Assembly: GCF_025809055.1 (NCBI RefSeq)
Contig: NZ_CP075529.1
Span: 349,011-413,010, forward strand
Direction: 5' to 3'
Length of the DNA: 64,000 bases
From: Devosia sp.
GTDB lineage: Bacteria > Pseudomonadota > Alphaproteobacteria > Rhizobiales > Devosiaceae
Every line of letters begins with the position of its first letter. Within the stretch, counting starts at the first letter, position 1. Both the position numbers and the translations under genes were made by a program. A model generated the notes under the pieces. The model did no database searches. It had not been told where the DNA came from and saw only the letters and a program-made list of their open reading frames with translations. This document shows, piece after piece, positions 18,791 to 27,495 of this stretch.

Positions 18791-20046
18791 TATTTCCACT
18801 CCACCACAAGCTTCTCCAGCCCATGGAAGTGATAGACATTGCCATAGTGGGGTGGCTCGGCAATCCGCAATCGGGGCAGGCGCTCGAACAGAACCTTCAT
18901 CGACTCCTGCAATTCGATCCGCGCCAGCGGTGCTCCGATGCAGAAGTGGATGCCGGCGCCAAAGCTCACATTGGCGCCATCGGTGCGGAATGGGTCAAAA
19001 ATGCCCGCATTGGCAAAGCGGGCCGGATCGCGATTGGCCGCTCCGAGCATGAGCCCAACCACATCGCCCTTGCGCAGGGAGATGCCGTCGACTTCGGTGT
19101 CCATCAGCGCATAGCGCGTGAACAGGTGCAGCGGCGCGTCGAACCGCAGACATTCCTCGACAGTCTTTTCGGCCTGTTCGGCGGTCACGAACAGGCTTTG
19201 CGGGTCGAGCCCGCTTTCGAGGATGGACTTCACGCCGTTTCCGGTCGTGTGCACCGTCGCTTCATGCCCGGCATTGAGCAGCAGGATGGCGGTTGAAATG
19301 ACCTCTTCGTCGCTCAACACATCGCCGTTGCGGTCGCTGGTCAGCATGTGGCTGAGCAGGTCCTCGCGCGGTGCCCTGCGGCGCTCCGCGATCACATCGC
19401 GCAGATGCGCCATGAAATCGGCGGCAGCCTGGTTGGCGTCGAGTTCCGTCTCACGGCTGACATTGTACATGTACATGGTCACCATGCGGTTGGACCAGTT
19501 GAGCAACTGCCCTGCCATGTCTGCCGGAAGGCCGATCATCTCGGCGATAACGATCGCCGGAATGGGCGCGGCAAAGGCCTTGATGAGATCGACGCTGTCT
19601 TCGCCCTCGAACTGGTCGATCATCTCATGGGCCAATTGGCGAATGCGCGGACGCAACTGCTCCACCTGCCGCGACACGAAGGCCCGGTTGACCAGCGTGC
19701 GCAACCGGGTGTGGTCCGGCGGCTCGAGGTTGAGCAGCGAGTATTTTTCCGTCAGGTCGAACTCTGCCGTATGCGCCTTGGGTGCCGGCAGTCCGATTTC
19801 CTCGCGGCTGGCCACATGCAGGATATCTCTGCCGAAGCGCTTGTCGCGGAGCAGGGCGCTGACGGCCTTGAAGTCGGCAAAGCACCAATGACCATATTCT
19901 TCCCAGAAGAAGGCGGGATGGCTGGCGTGCTGCCGCGCGTAGAAGGGGTAGGGATCTTGGTAAAAGCTCGGGTCCTGCGGCTGAGCGCTCGCCCGCAGCG
20001 GCGCTGGAACATCGAGGATCGGCTTGACTTGCAGTATGGCGGCCAT
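18790..20046 (-). CDS. Cytochrome P450
   Basis: Heme-binding loop FGAGIHFCIGAPLAR, EXXR (ECLRFD) and I-helix LLLNAGHEAT. The ATG at 20046 gives about 418 aa. The extension to 20319 overlaps the divergent gene. Confidence 0.85.
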   Translation of the reverse strand: MAAILQVKPILDVPAPLRASAQPQDPSFYQDPYPFYARQHASHPAFFWEEYGHWCFADFKAVSALLRDKRFGRDILHVASREEIGLPAPKAHTAEFDLTEKYSLLNLEPPDHTRLRTLVNRAFVSRQVEQLRPRIRQLAHEMIDQFEGEDSVDLIKAFAAPIPAIVIAEMIGLPADMAGQLLNWSNRMVTMYMYNVSRETELDANQAAADFMAHLRDVIAERRRAPREDLLSHMLTSDRNGDVLSDEEVISTAILLLNAGHEATVHTTGNGVKSILESGLDPQSLFVTAEQAEKTVEECLRFDAPLHLFTRYALMDTEVDGISLRKGDVVGLMLGAANRDPARFANAGIFDPFRTDGANVSFGAGIHFCIGAPLARIELQESMKVLFERLPRLRIAEPPHYGNVYHFHGLEKLVVEWK

Positions 20047-20196
20047 AATCGTCCGTAAGGGTCGTTCGCCGCTACAATAAGCATGCGCTGACGCCTTGCA
20101 ATTGCACTGCGCGACGGGATCGAAAAAAGCTGCGGGAAATAGTCGACCCGGTGAAAACCCATCCGTCGGACAGGTGTTCAACCAAGGAGACTGAAC

Positions 20197-20601
20197 ATGA
20201 AGTTCCTTTGCCTGTTTCACTTCCGCGACGATGCCTTCGCCGGTGTCACCCCACGGGAGATGCGCCGCATCGACGATGCGACCATCGAGCATGACCAGCG
20301 CATGCGTCAGTCGGGGCATCTGATTTTTGGCTCCCCACTCACTGGGCCGGAGGAGGGGGCCGCGATTGATCGCCGTCGCCGCCTGGACGCCGCCGTCATC
20401 GACGGACCTTTTCCCGAGGCCAAGGAGGTGGTCGGCGGCTTTGTCCTGCTCGAAGCCCGCGACATGGACGATGCCTTGGCCGTCTTTGCCGATGATCCGA
20501 TCGCGCGCTATGCTCGCCTGGAAATCCGGCCGCTGCGCAATTCAGACAGTGACCGGCACAGCAAGACCGGCGAGGGACGTCCGGACATCAAGCTGACCTG
20601 A
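20197..20601 (+). CDS. YciI-family (DGPF domain) protein
   Basis: MKFLCLFHF... DGPFPEAKEVVGGFVLLEARDMDDALAVFADDP. The start follows AAGGAGA. Confidence 0.7.
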   Translation: MKFLCLFHFRDDAFAGVTPREMRRIDDATIEHDQRMRQSGHLIFGSPLTGPEEGAAIDRRRRLDAAVIDGPFPEAKEVVGGFVLLEARDMDDALAVFADDPIARYARLEIRPLRNSDSDRHSKTGEGRPDIKLT

Positions 20602-20677
20602 GCGTGTGCGTGCGCTAGGAGGCTCTTCATCTCGATTTGCGGCCTCCTAACACTCATTGTCACGCACCTCCTTCAGC

Positions 20678-20737
20678 GTCATCCCCGCGAAAGCGGGGAC
20701 CTCCCTTCCCCCAGAACGGAGCCCCGCTTTCGCGCCA
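20678..20737. repeat. Family A REP-like unit (TCCCCGC-GAAA-GCGGGGA) plus a degenerate copy of the unit (20723-20735)
   Basis: The 27-nt stretch GTCATCCCCGCGAAAGCGGGGACCTCC is identical to the copy at 54990-55016. Confidence 0.8.
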
Positions 20738-20825
20738 GCGCCCCCACTACAAGGCTAAAATCCCTTGGCAAATGGCGCACAATGATGTCTTGAGAGCGCC
20801 AAAACGCGACGAAGGAAATCCGCAC

Positions 20826-21053
20826 GTGAGCGACATCACCGTTTCCGCAGCGATCGACGCCATCTACGCCTCGATCAAGAACGACAACGAAGACATCGAC
20901 CTGCACATCGCCGCCCTCAAGGCGGCCATGGCGCGTGAAGGGGTCAAGCAGGCGACCTTCGAGACTGCAAAGCTCGCCCAGCCCAATCGGCAGGGTCGCA
21001 AGCTCATGCAGGCCTATTTCAAGAAAAAGGGCGTTGCCGTCGATTTTGCGTAA
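20826..21053 (+). CDS. Small hypothetical protein (about 75 aa)
   Basis: A GTG preceded by AAGGAAA-N7. Charged helical sequence VSDITVSAAIDAIYASIKNDNEDIDLHIAALKAAM... with no recognisable motif. An alternative ATG lies at 20772. Confidence 0.4.
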   Translation: MSDITVSAAIDAIYASIKNDNEDIDLHIAALKAAMAREGVKQATFETAKLAQPNRQGRKLMQAYFKKKGVAVDFA

Positions 21054-21100
21054 TCGGCAGCATCACGTTCACCCTAAGCAAGGGGAACCGGCCTGGGGCT

Positions 21101-21129
21101 ATTGAAGAGCGCCTCATTGCCGCCTATCT
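21101..21129 (+). promoter_or_regulatory. Weak RpoH (sigma-32)-like promoter candidate upstream of clpP
   Basis: ATTG-N18-CCTATCT compared with the alphaproteobacterial consensus CTTG-N17-18-CYTATNT. It lies about 175 nt upstream of the clpP start. Confidence 0.25.
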
Positions 21130-21302
21130 GTGCCTTTACCGCCCGTTAAGGCGGCGTCGCCTGCAATCGGCCAGTCGCGCTGATTCGAATTTCCGGCATG
21201 TCGGTCCGTCCCGCCAGTGTGCGTATGGGGCATCGGCATGATCCAACCAAACAAGCCGGCCTGCGGTCCGCGACCCGCAAGGCCAGGCCAAGGGGCTTTC
21301 TT

Positions 21303-21932
21303 ATGCGGGATCCGCACGATCTTTACATGAACACGCTCGTTCCCATGGTGGTCGAGCAGTCGAACCGTGGCGAACGCGCCTTCGACATCTACTCGCGCCT
21401 GCTCCGCGAGCGCATCATCTTCGTGACCGGCGTGGTCGAGGACAACATGGCCTCGCTCATCGTGGCCCAGCTTCTGTTCCTCGAATCAGAGAATCCGAAG
21501 AAGGAAATCGCCATGTACATCAACTCGCCCGGTGGCGTGGTGACGGCTGGTCTTTCCATCTACGACACCATGCAGTTCATCCGCCCGGCGGTTGCCACCA
21601 TGGTCATGGGCCAAGCTGCCTCCATGGGCTCGCTCCTCCTCGCCGCTGGTGAGGCCGGCATGCGCACCAGCCTTCCGAATTCGCGCGTCATGGTCCATCA
21701 GCCCTCCGGCGGCTTCCAGGGTCAGGTCACCGACATTCTGATTCATGCCAAGGAAGTCGAAGGCTTGAAGCGGCGTCTTAATCAGATTTATGAGAAGCAC
21801 ACCGGCCGCACCTATGAGGAAATCGAGAATGCGCTCGAGCGCGACCGGTTCCTGTCGCCCGAAGAAGCCAAGGCGTTCGGCCTGATCGACACCGTGCTCG
21901 AAAAGCGCATCGTGCCGGAAGCATCCGCCTGA
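21303..21932 (+). CDS. clpP: ATP-dependent Clp protease proteolytic subunit
   Basis: [29 protein letters not shown], active-site region [11 protein letters not shown], and MVHQPSGG. Confidence 0.95.
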   Translation: MRDPHDLYMNTLVPMVVEQSNRGERAFDIYSRLLRERIIFVTGVVEDNMASLIVAQLLFLESENPKKEIAMYINSPGGVVTAGLSIYDTMQFIRPAVATMVMGQAASMGSLLLAAGEAGMRTSLPNSRVMVHQPSGGFQGQVTDILIHAKEVEGLKRRLNQIYEKHTGRTYEEIENALERDRFLSPEEAKAFGLIDTVLEKRIVPEASA

Positions 21933-21997
21933 GCGTGACCCGCGTTAAGCACAAAGCTGCTGCGCCGTGGACTGTGATCCAAGCGCAATTGCACCAA

Positions 21998-22040
21998 GCC
22001 GGAACGGCCTTTAAGGTCGTTTCGGCTTAGACTTTCTTTA
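21998..22040 (+). terminator. Hairpin plus T-rich tract after clpP (terminator/attenuator)
   Basis: 12-bp stem GCCGGAACGGCC-TTTAA-GGTCGTTTCGGC followed by TTAGACTTTCTTTA. Confidence 0.45.
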
Positions 22041-22106
22041 TGTCTTGAGCGTTACGATTTGCGGTAACGCTTGAATATGGGGGCGCAAGCTCCCGGGAGT
22101 GACTTG

Positions 22107-23384
22107 ATGTCCAAAGAGACAACGAACGGCGAAACCTCCAAGAACACGCTTTACTGCTCGTTCTGTGGCAAGTCGCAGCACGAAGTGCGCAAGCTGATCG
22201 CCGGCCCGACCGTGTTCATCTGTGATGAATGCGTCGAACTGTGCATGGACATCATCCGCGAAGAGAACAAGACCTCCATGGTCAAGTCCTCCGACGGCGT
22301 GCCCACCCCGGCTGAAATCTGCAAGGTTCTCGATGACTACGTGATCGGCCAGTCGCGCGCCAAGCGCGTGCTCTCGGTGGCCGTACACAACCACTACAAG
22401 CGCCTGCACCACGCGACCAAGAACCAGGACGTGGAGCTTTCCAAGTCGAACATCCTGCTCATCGGCCCGACCGGTTCCGGCAAGACCCTGCTGGCGCAGA
22501 CCCTGGCGCGCATCATCGATGTGCCCTTCACCATGGCCGACGCCACGACACTCACCGAAGCCGGTTATGTCGGCGAGGACGTGGAAAACATCATCCTGAA
22601 GCTCCTCCAGGCTGCCGACTACAATGTCGAGAAGGCCCAGCGCGGCATCGTCTATATCGACGAAGTGGACAAGATTTCCCGCAAGTCCGACAATCCGTCC
22701 ATCACCCGCGACGTCTCCGGTGAAGGTGTGCAGCAGGCCCTGCTCAAGATCATGGAGGGCACCGTCGCCTCCGTGCCGCCGCAGGGCGGGCGCAAGCATC
22801 CGCAGCAGGAATTCCTGCAGGTGGACACCACAAATATCCTGTTCATCTGCGGCGGCGCCTTTGCCGGCCTCGAAAAGATCATCTCCGCACGCGGCGAAGG
22901 TTCGGGCATCGGCTTCGGCGCGACCGTCAAGGACCCCAATGACCGCCGCGTCGGCGAGCTTCTGGCCGTGGTCGAGCCCGAGGATCTGGTCAAGTTCGGC
23001 CTCATCCCCGAATTCATCGGCCGTCTGCCGGTTCTGGCCACGCTCGAAGACCTCGACGTGCCGGCCCTGATCGAAATTCTGACCTCGCCCAAGAACGCCT
23101 TGGTGCGCCAGTACCAGCGCCTGTTCAACATGGAAGAGGTCGAGCTCAACTTCCACGAGGACGCCCTCAAGGCCATCGCCGAGAAGGCCATCGAACGCAA
23201 GACCGGCGCCCGCGGCCTGCGCTCGATCATGGAAGGCATCCTGCTCGACACCATGTACGACCTGCCTTCGCTCGAAGGCGTCGAGGAAGTGGTGATCTCC
23301 GAAGACGTGGTGCGCGGCAAGGACGTCCGCCCGCTCTACATCTATTCCGAGCGCAAGAAGGAAGACGAGCCGGCCTCGGCCTGA
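22107..23384 (+). CDS. clpX: ATP-dependent Clp protease ATP-binding subunit ClpX
   Basis: Zinc-binding N-terminus [11 protein letters not shown]...CDEC. Walker A GPTGSGKT, Walker [10 protein letters not shown], and [10 protein letters not shown]. Confidence 0.97.
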   Translation: MSKETTNGETSKNTLYCSFCGKSQHEVRKLIAGPTVFICDECVELCMDIIREENKTSMVKSSDGVPTPAEICKVLDDYVIGQSRAKRVLSVAVHNHYKRLHHATKNQDVELSKSNILLIGPTGSGKTLLAQTLARIIDVPFTMADATTLTEAGYVGEDVENIILKLLQAADYNVEKAQRGIVYIDEVDKISRKSDNPSITRDVSGEGVQQALLKIMEGTVASVPPQGGRKHPQQEFLQVDTTNILFICGGAFAGLEKIISARGEGSGIGFGATVKDPNDRRVGELLAVVEPEDLVKFGLIPEFIGRLPVLATLEDLDVPALIEILTSPKNALVRQYQRLFNMEEVELNFHEDALKAIAEKAIERKTGARGLRSIMEGILLDTMYDLPSLEGVEEVVISEDVVRGKDVRPLYIYSERKKEDEPASA

Positions 23385-23407
23385 TCCGCCTCCGAGCGAC
23401 AAACATG

Positions 23408-23437
23408 ACGCCGGGCCCAGTGCCCGGCGTTTTTTTG
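23408..23437 (+). terminator. Rho-independent terminator of clpX
   Basis: ACGCCGGGC-CCAGT-GCCCGGCGT followed by TTTTTTT. Confidence 0.75.
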
Positions 23438-23468
23438 CCTTTAGGTGCGGTGACCTGTTTCTGGCTCG

Positions 23469-23537
23469 GTGTCATTCCCGCGAAAGCGGGAACCTCTGTT
23501 GCCGTCAGTGTCATTCCTGCAGTCGCGGGAATGACGC
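23469..23537. repeat. Two adjacent family A REP-like units
   Basis: GTCATTCCCGCGAAAGCGGGAAC (23471-23493) and GTCATTCC-N10-GGAATGAC (23510-23535). Confidence 0.8.
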
Positions 23538-23571
23538 GGTGGCACCCTCCGGGTCGAAATACGCTTGTGTG

Positions 23572-24549
23572 TCAGGCCTCTCCGGTCACGAACTCCACCG
23601 GTCCCGGTTCCTCGCCCATGATCGAGCGGCCGAAAAGGCTGGCGACGAGATCGACCATCAGGGTTGCACTCTTGCCGCCATGGTCGAGGAACGGGTTGAG
23701 TTCCACCACATCGAGCGAGCCAACGACGCCGCTGTCGTGCAACAGCTCCATCACCAGATGTGCCTCGCGATAACTCAGCCCGCCGGGCACCAGCGTGCCG
23801 CCGCCGGGCGCGATCAGCGGGTCGATGCTGTCCACGTCAAAACTGACATGCAGATGCGCACCGGCCGCCCTGGCCTTGTCGATCACTTTCTGGATACTCG
23901 CGACCACCCCATGCTGGTCGATCCGCTTCATGTCGATGACGTCAACCCCGCGCGCCTGCACCAGGCGCCGTTCCTCCCGGTCGACCGAGCGAGCGCCGAA
24001 AATGGTGACATTGCGCGGGTCGATCCGGCCCAGCCAGTCGCCCTTGAAACTGTCGTCGAATTCAGGCTCGCCGCAGAGCAGAGCCAGCGGCATGCCGTGC
24101 AGGTTGCCGGAAGGCGAGGTCTCGGGCGTATTGTAGTCGGCATGGGCGTCGATCCACAGCACATGAACGGGCCGCTTGTCCTGGGCGCAATGGCGCGCAA
24201 CCGCAGAGACGGTGCCCATGGCGATGGAATGATCGCCGCCGAGGAACACGGGAAAATGCCCCCGTGCAAGAATATCCAGCCCGGCATCGCTGACGCGCGC
24301 GGCGAGATCGAGCACATCGGCCTTGCGCTCTTCCGGCAGGCGGGCGCTGCTCGGATTGGTCGATACCCCGTCTTGCGGCCGCCTCAGGTCGCCATGATCG
24401 GCCACGGCCAGATCGAGATCGACCAGCGCCTCGACCAGCCCCGCAACCCGCAGCGCCTCCGGACCCATGCCGCATCCGCGAACGGAGGCCCCTGACGCGG
24501 TGGCCACGCCGATGAGATCGATGCGCTTGATGGGGGAGGGATGTGCCAT
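23572..24549 (-). CDS. rocF: Arginase (ureohydrolase family)
   Basis: Mn-ligand motifs GGDHSIAMG, WIDAHADYNTPETSPSGNLHGMPLA and SFDVDSIDP. Confidence 0.8.
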   Translation of the reverse strand: MAHPSPIKRIDLIGVATASGASVRGCGMGPEALRVAGLVEALVDLDLAVADHGDLRRPQDGVSTNPSSARLPEERKADVLDLAARVSDAGLDILARGHFPVFLGGDHSIAMGTVSAVARHCAQDKRPVHVLWIDAHADYNTPETSPSGNLHGMPLALLCGEPEFDDSFKGDWLGRIDPRNVTIFGARSVDREERRLVQARGVDVIDMKRIDQHGVVASIQKVIDKARAAGAHLHVSFDVDSIDPLIAPGGGTLVPGGLSYREAHLVMELLHDSGVVGSLDVVELNPFLDHGGKSATLMVDLVASLFGRSIMGEEPGPVEFVTGEA

Positions 24550-24715
24550 GGATTCTGCCTTCTTCTAGGTGGACACAGTCTAGTTCCATTCCCGCTGCCG
24601 CATCAAACGCCGATAGCGCGAGCTGTGTGATACCTGGGCACACAGGTGTTCCCGCCAGCGGGCGCATATCTCCTGTGCGAAGTCCGGACAATGGTCACAA
24701 ATCCGCAAAGCTTGA

Positions 24716-24743
24716 CTTGCGGCCAGTGCACTCCACCCTATTT
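24716..24743 (+). promoter_or_regulatory. RpoH (sigma-32)-type heat-shock promoter of lon
   Basis: CTTG-N17-CCTATTT is an exact match to the alphaproteobacterial CTTG-N17-CYTATNT consensus. It lies about 95 nt upstream of lon. Confidence 0.55.
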
Positions 24744-24836
24744 ATTAACCTGAATCACCCAGCATTTTTTAAGACTGGGTAGTCGCAACGGGCGTGCCAC
24801 CTCCTTCCTCCCTCCGGCGCGCCCCGGAAAGGAAAT

Positions 24837-27266
24837 GTGATGTCGGAAGTTACCTCCACTGGCGAAGCGAGCCGGGACCGGGTGTATCCGGTTCTGCCCC
24901 TGCGCGACATCGTCTGCTTCCCTGGCATGATCGTGCCGCTCTTCGTGGGCCGCGAGAAATCGGTCAAGGCCCTGGAAGAGGTGATGCGCGACGACAAGCA
25001 CATCCTGGTCGTGACGCAGAAGAACGCGCAGGATGACGACCCCGCTCCGGACCAGATCTATCCCACGGGCACCATCGCCACTGTGCTGCAATTGCTCAAG
25101 CTTCCGGACGGCACCGTAAAGGTGCTGGTCGAGGGCCTGCATCGCGCCACCATCGATCGCTACCTGCAGACCGAGGAATATTTCGAGGCCGAGGCCTCGA
25201 TCCTGCCTGAGCCCGAAGAAGACGCGACTGAAATCGAGGCGCTGGCCCGTTCGGCACAGTCCGAGTTCGAAAACTACGTCAAGCTCAACAAGAAAATCTC
25301 GTCCGAGGTCGTGGCCGCCGTCGGCCAGATCGAGGATTCGAGCAAGCTGGCCGATACCATTGCCAGCCACCTGGTCATCAAGATTCCAGAGAAGGAAGAT
25401 CTGCTGCAGACCGTGTCGGTCATCGACCGGTTGCAGAAGGTCATCGGCCTCATGGAAGGCGAGATCGGTGTGCTGCAGGTGGAAAAGCGCATCCGCTCCC
25501 GCGTCAAGCGGCAGATGGAGAAGACGCAGCGCGAATACTATCTCAACGAGCAGATGAAGGCGATCCAGCGCGAGCTGGGCGACGGCGAGGACGGGGTCAA
25601 CGAGATCTCCGAACTCGAAGAGCGTATCGCCAAGACCAAGCTCAGCAAGGAAGCGCGGGCCAAGGCCGACGGCGAAGTCAAAAAGCTCAAGGCCATGAGC
25701 CCCATGTCTGCCGAAGCCACGGTCGTCCGTAACTATCTTGATACGCTTCTGGGCCTGCCCTGGGGCAAGAAGACCAAGGTCAAGCGCGATCTGGCGCTGG
25801 CCGAAAAGGTGCTGGACGAAGACCACTACGGCCTCGAAAAGGTCAAGGAACGCATCCTCGAATATCTGGCGGTGCAGGCCCGGACCGGCACGCTCAAAGG
25901 CCCGATCCTCTGCCTCGTCGGCCCTCCGGGCGTCGGCAAGACCTCGCTCGGCAAGTCGATCGCCAAGGCCACCGGCCGCGAATTCGTGCGCATGGCCCTT
26001 GGCGGCGTGCGCGACGAAGCCGAAATCCGTGGCCATCGCCGCACCTATATCGGCTCCATGCCCGGCAAGATCATCCAGTCGCTCAAGAAGGTCGGAAAAT
26101 CCAACCCGCTCTTCCTGCTCGACGAGATCGACAAAATGGGCCAGGATTTCAGGGGCGATCCGTCTTCGGCCCTGCTCGAAGTGCTCGATCCGGAGCAGAA
26201 CAACACCTTTGCCGATCACTACCTTGAGGTTGACTACGACCTTTCGGACGTGATGTTCGTGACCACCTCGAACACGCTCAACATCCCCGGCCCGCTGATG
26301 GACCGCATGGAGATCATTCGCCTCTCGGGCTATACCGAGCAGGAGAAGCACGCCATCGCCAAGCAGCACCTCATCCCCGAGGCGGCCAAGGAAAATGGCG
26401 TCGCGCACGGCGAGTTCAAGCTGTCTGACGACATGCTGATGAAGACCATTCGCGGCTATACCCGCGAGGCCGGCGTCCGCAATCTCAAGCGCGAAATCTC
26501 CAAGCTGATGCGCAAGGCGGTGACGGACATCGTGCGCACCAAGGTCAAATCTATCGAGATCGATGACGAGCGCCTGGCCAAGTATCTCGGCCCCGCCATC
26601 TTCAAGCATGGCGAAATCGAAGCCGAATCCCAGGTGGGTCTGGTGACCGGTCTCGCCTGGACTTCGGTTGGCGGCGAGTTGCTGACCATTGAAGGCGTGA
26701 TGACGCCGGGCAAGGGCCGCATGTCGGTCACCGGCAACATCAAGGAAGTGATGAAGGAATCACTGACTGCGGCCACCGCTTATGTGCGCTCGCGCTCCAT
26801 CGATTTCGGCATCAAGCCGCCCATGTTCGACACCCGCGATATCCACGTCCATCTGCCCGAAGGCGCCACGCCCAAGGATGGTCCTTCCGCTGGTATCGGC
26901 CTGGCCACGGCCATCGTGTCGGTGATGACCGGCATTCCGGTGCGCAACGATGTGGCCATGACGGGCGAGATCACGCTGCGGGGCAGGGTACTGCCTATCG
27001 GTGGCCTCAAGGAAAAGCTCCTGGCGGCCCTGCGTGGCGGCATCAAGACCGTGCTGATCCCTGAGGAGAATGTCCGCGATCTCGCCGAGATCCCGGATAT
27101 CGTCAAGGATGGCATGGAAATCGTGCCGGTCAGCCGCATGGACCAGGTCATCGAGCGCGCCCTGGTGCGCAAGCCCGAAGCCATCGAATGGAACTTTGAC
27201 GCCGAACCCGCCGTGGCGACCAAGGTCGACCCCGCCGAGGACAGCACTGCCAGCATCACCCACTGA
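24837..27266 (+). CDS. lon: ATP-dependent Lon protease (endopeptidase La)
   Basis: LON N-domain, Walker A GPPGVGKTS, Walker B LFLLDEIDK, and protease serine motif PKDGPSAGI. GTG at 24837 or ATG at 24840. Confidence 0.97.
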   Translation: MMSEVTSTGEASRDRVYPVLPLRDIVCFPGMIVPLFVGREKSVKALEEVMRDDKHILVVTQKNAQDDDPAPDQIYPTGTIATVLQLLKLPDGTVKVLVEGLHRATIDRYLQTEEYFEAEASILPEPEEDATEIEALARSAQSEFENYVKLNKKISSEVVAAVGQIEDSSKLADTIASHLVIKIPEKEDLLQTVSVIDRLQKVIGLMEGEIGVLQVEKRIRSRVKRQMEKTQREYYLNEQMKAIQRELGDGEDGVNEISELEERIAKTKLSKEARAKADGEVKKLKAMSPMSAEATVVRNYLDTLLGLPWGKKTKVKRDLALAEKVLDEDHYGLEKVKERILEYLAVQARTGTLKGPILCLVGPPGVGKTSLGKSIAKATGREFVRMALGGVRDEAEIRGHRRTYIGSMPGKIIQSLKKVGKSNPLFLLDEIDKMGQDFRGDPSSALLEVLDPEQNNTFADHYLEVDYDLSDVMFVTTSNTLNIPGPLMDRMEIIRLSGYTEQEKHAIAKQHLIPEAAKENGVAHGEFKLSDDMLMKTIRGYTREAGVRNLKREISKLMRKAVTDIVRTKVKSIEIDDERLAKYLGPAIFKHGEIEAESQVGLVTGLAWTSVGGELLTIEGVMTPGKGRMSVTGNIKEVMKESLTAATAYVRSRSIDFGIKPPMFDTRDIHVHLPEGATPKDGPSAGIGLATAIVSVMTGIPVRNDVAMTGEITLRGRVLPIGGLKEKLLAALRGGIKTVLIPEENVRDLAEIPDIVKDGMEIVPVSRMDQVIERALVRKPEAIEWNFDAEPAVATKVDPAEDSTASITH

Positions 27267-27286
27267 TCCTGGTGTCATAATCGCGA

Positions 27287-27321
27287 AAAGGCCGGGACAC
27301 ATGTCCCGGCCTTTTTCTTTT
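27287..27321 (+). terminator. Rho-independent terminator of lon
   Basis: AAAGGCCGGGAC-ACAT-GTCCCGGCCTTT followed by TTCTTTT. Confidence 0.75.
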
Positions 27322-27383
27322 GATGATCCCAGCAAACCTCGTTTGTGCCACGTCTCGCGCACGCAAATCGCGCCCTGCTCACA

Positions 27384-27412
27384 ATGTCATCCCGGCGCAG
27401 GCCGGGATCCAT
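27384..27412. repeat. Family A REP-like variant (ATCCCGGC-GCAG-GCCGGGAT)
   Basis: 8-bp perfect stem with the same GTCAT 5' flank as the other copies. Confidence 0.7.
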
Positions 27413-27495
27413 GCACGGTCCTATGGGCGGGCCCTGGCCAACCACCACGCGCCGCCTCGACGAGACCCCAAGCGGGGCGAAGGGCGGAATAAACC

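Noticed and set aside
22038-26609. Long minus-strand ORFs (22038..23402 and 24738..26609) opposite clpX and lon
   Set aside because: They mirror the frames of highly conserved genes. Their composition (G/D/A/L/H-rich) looks like antisense translation. No independent start or SD signals are visible.
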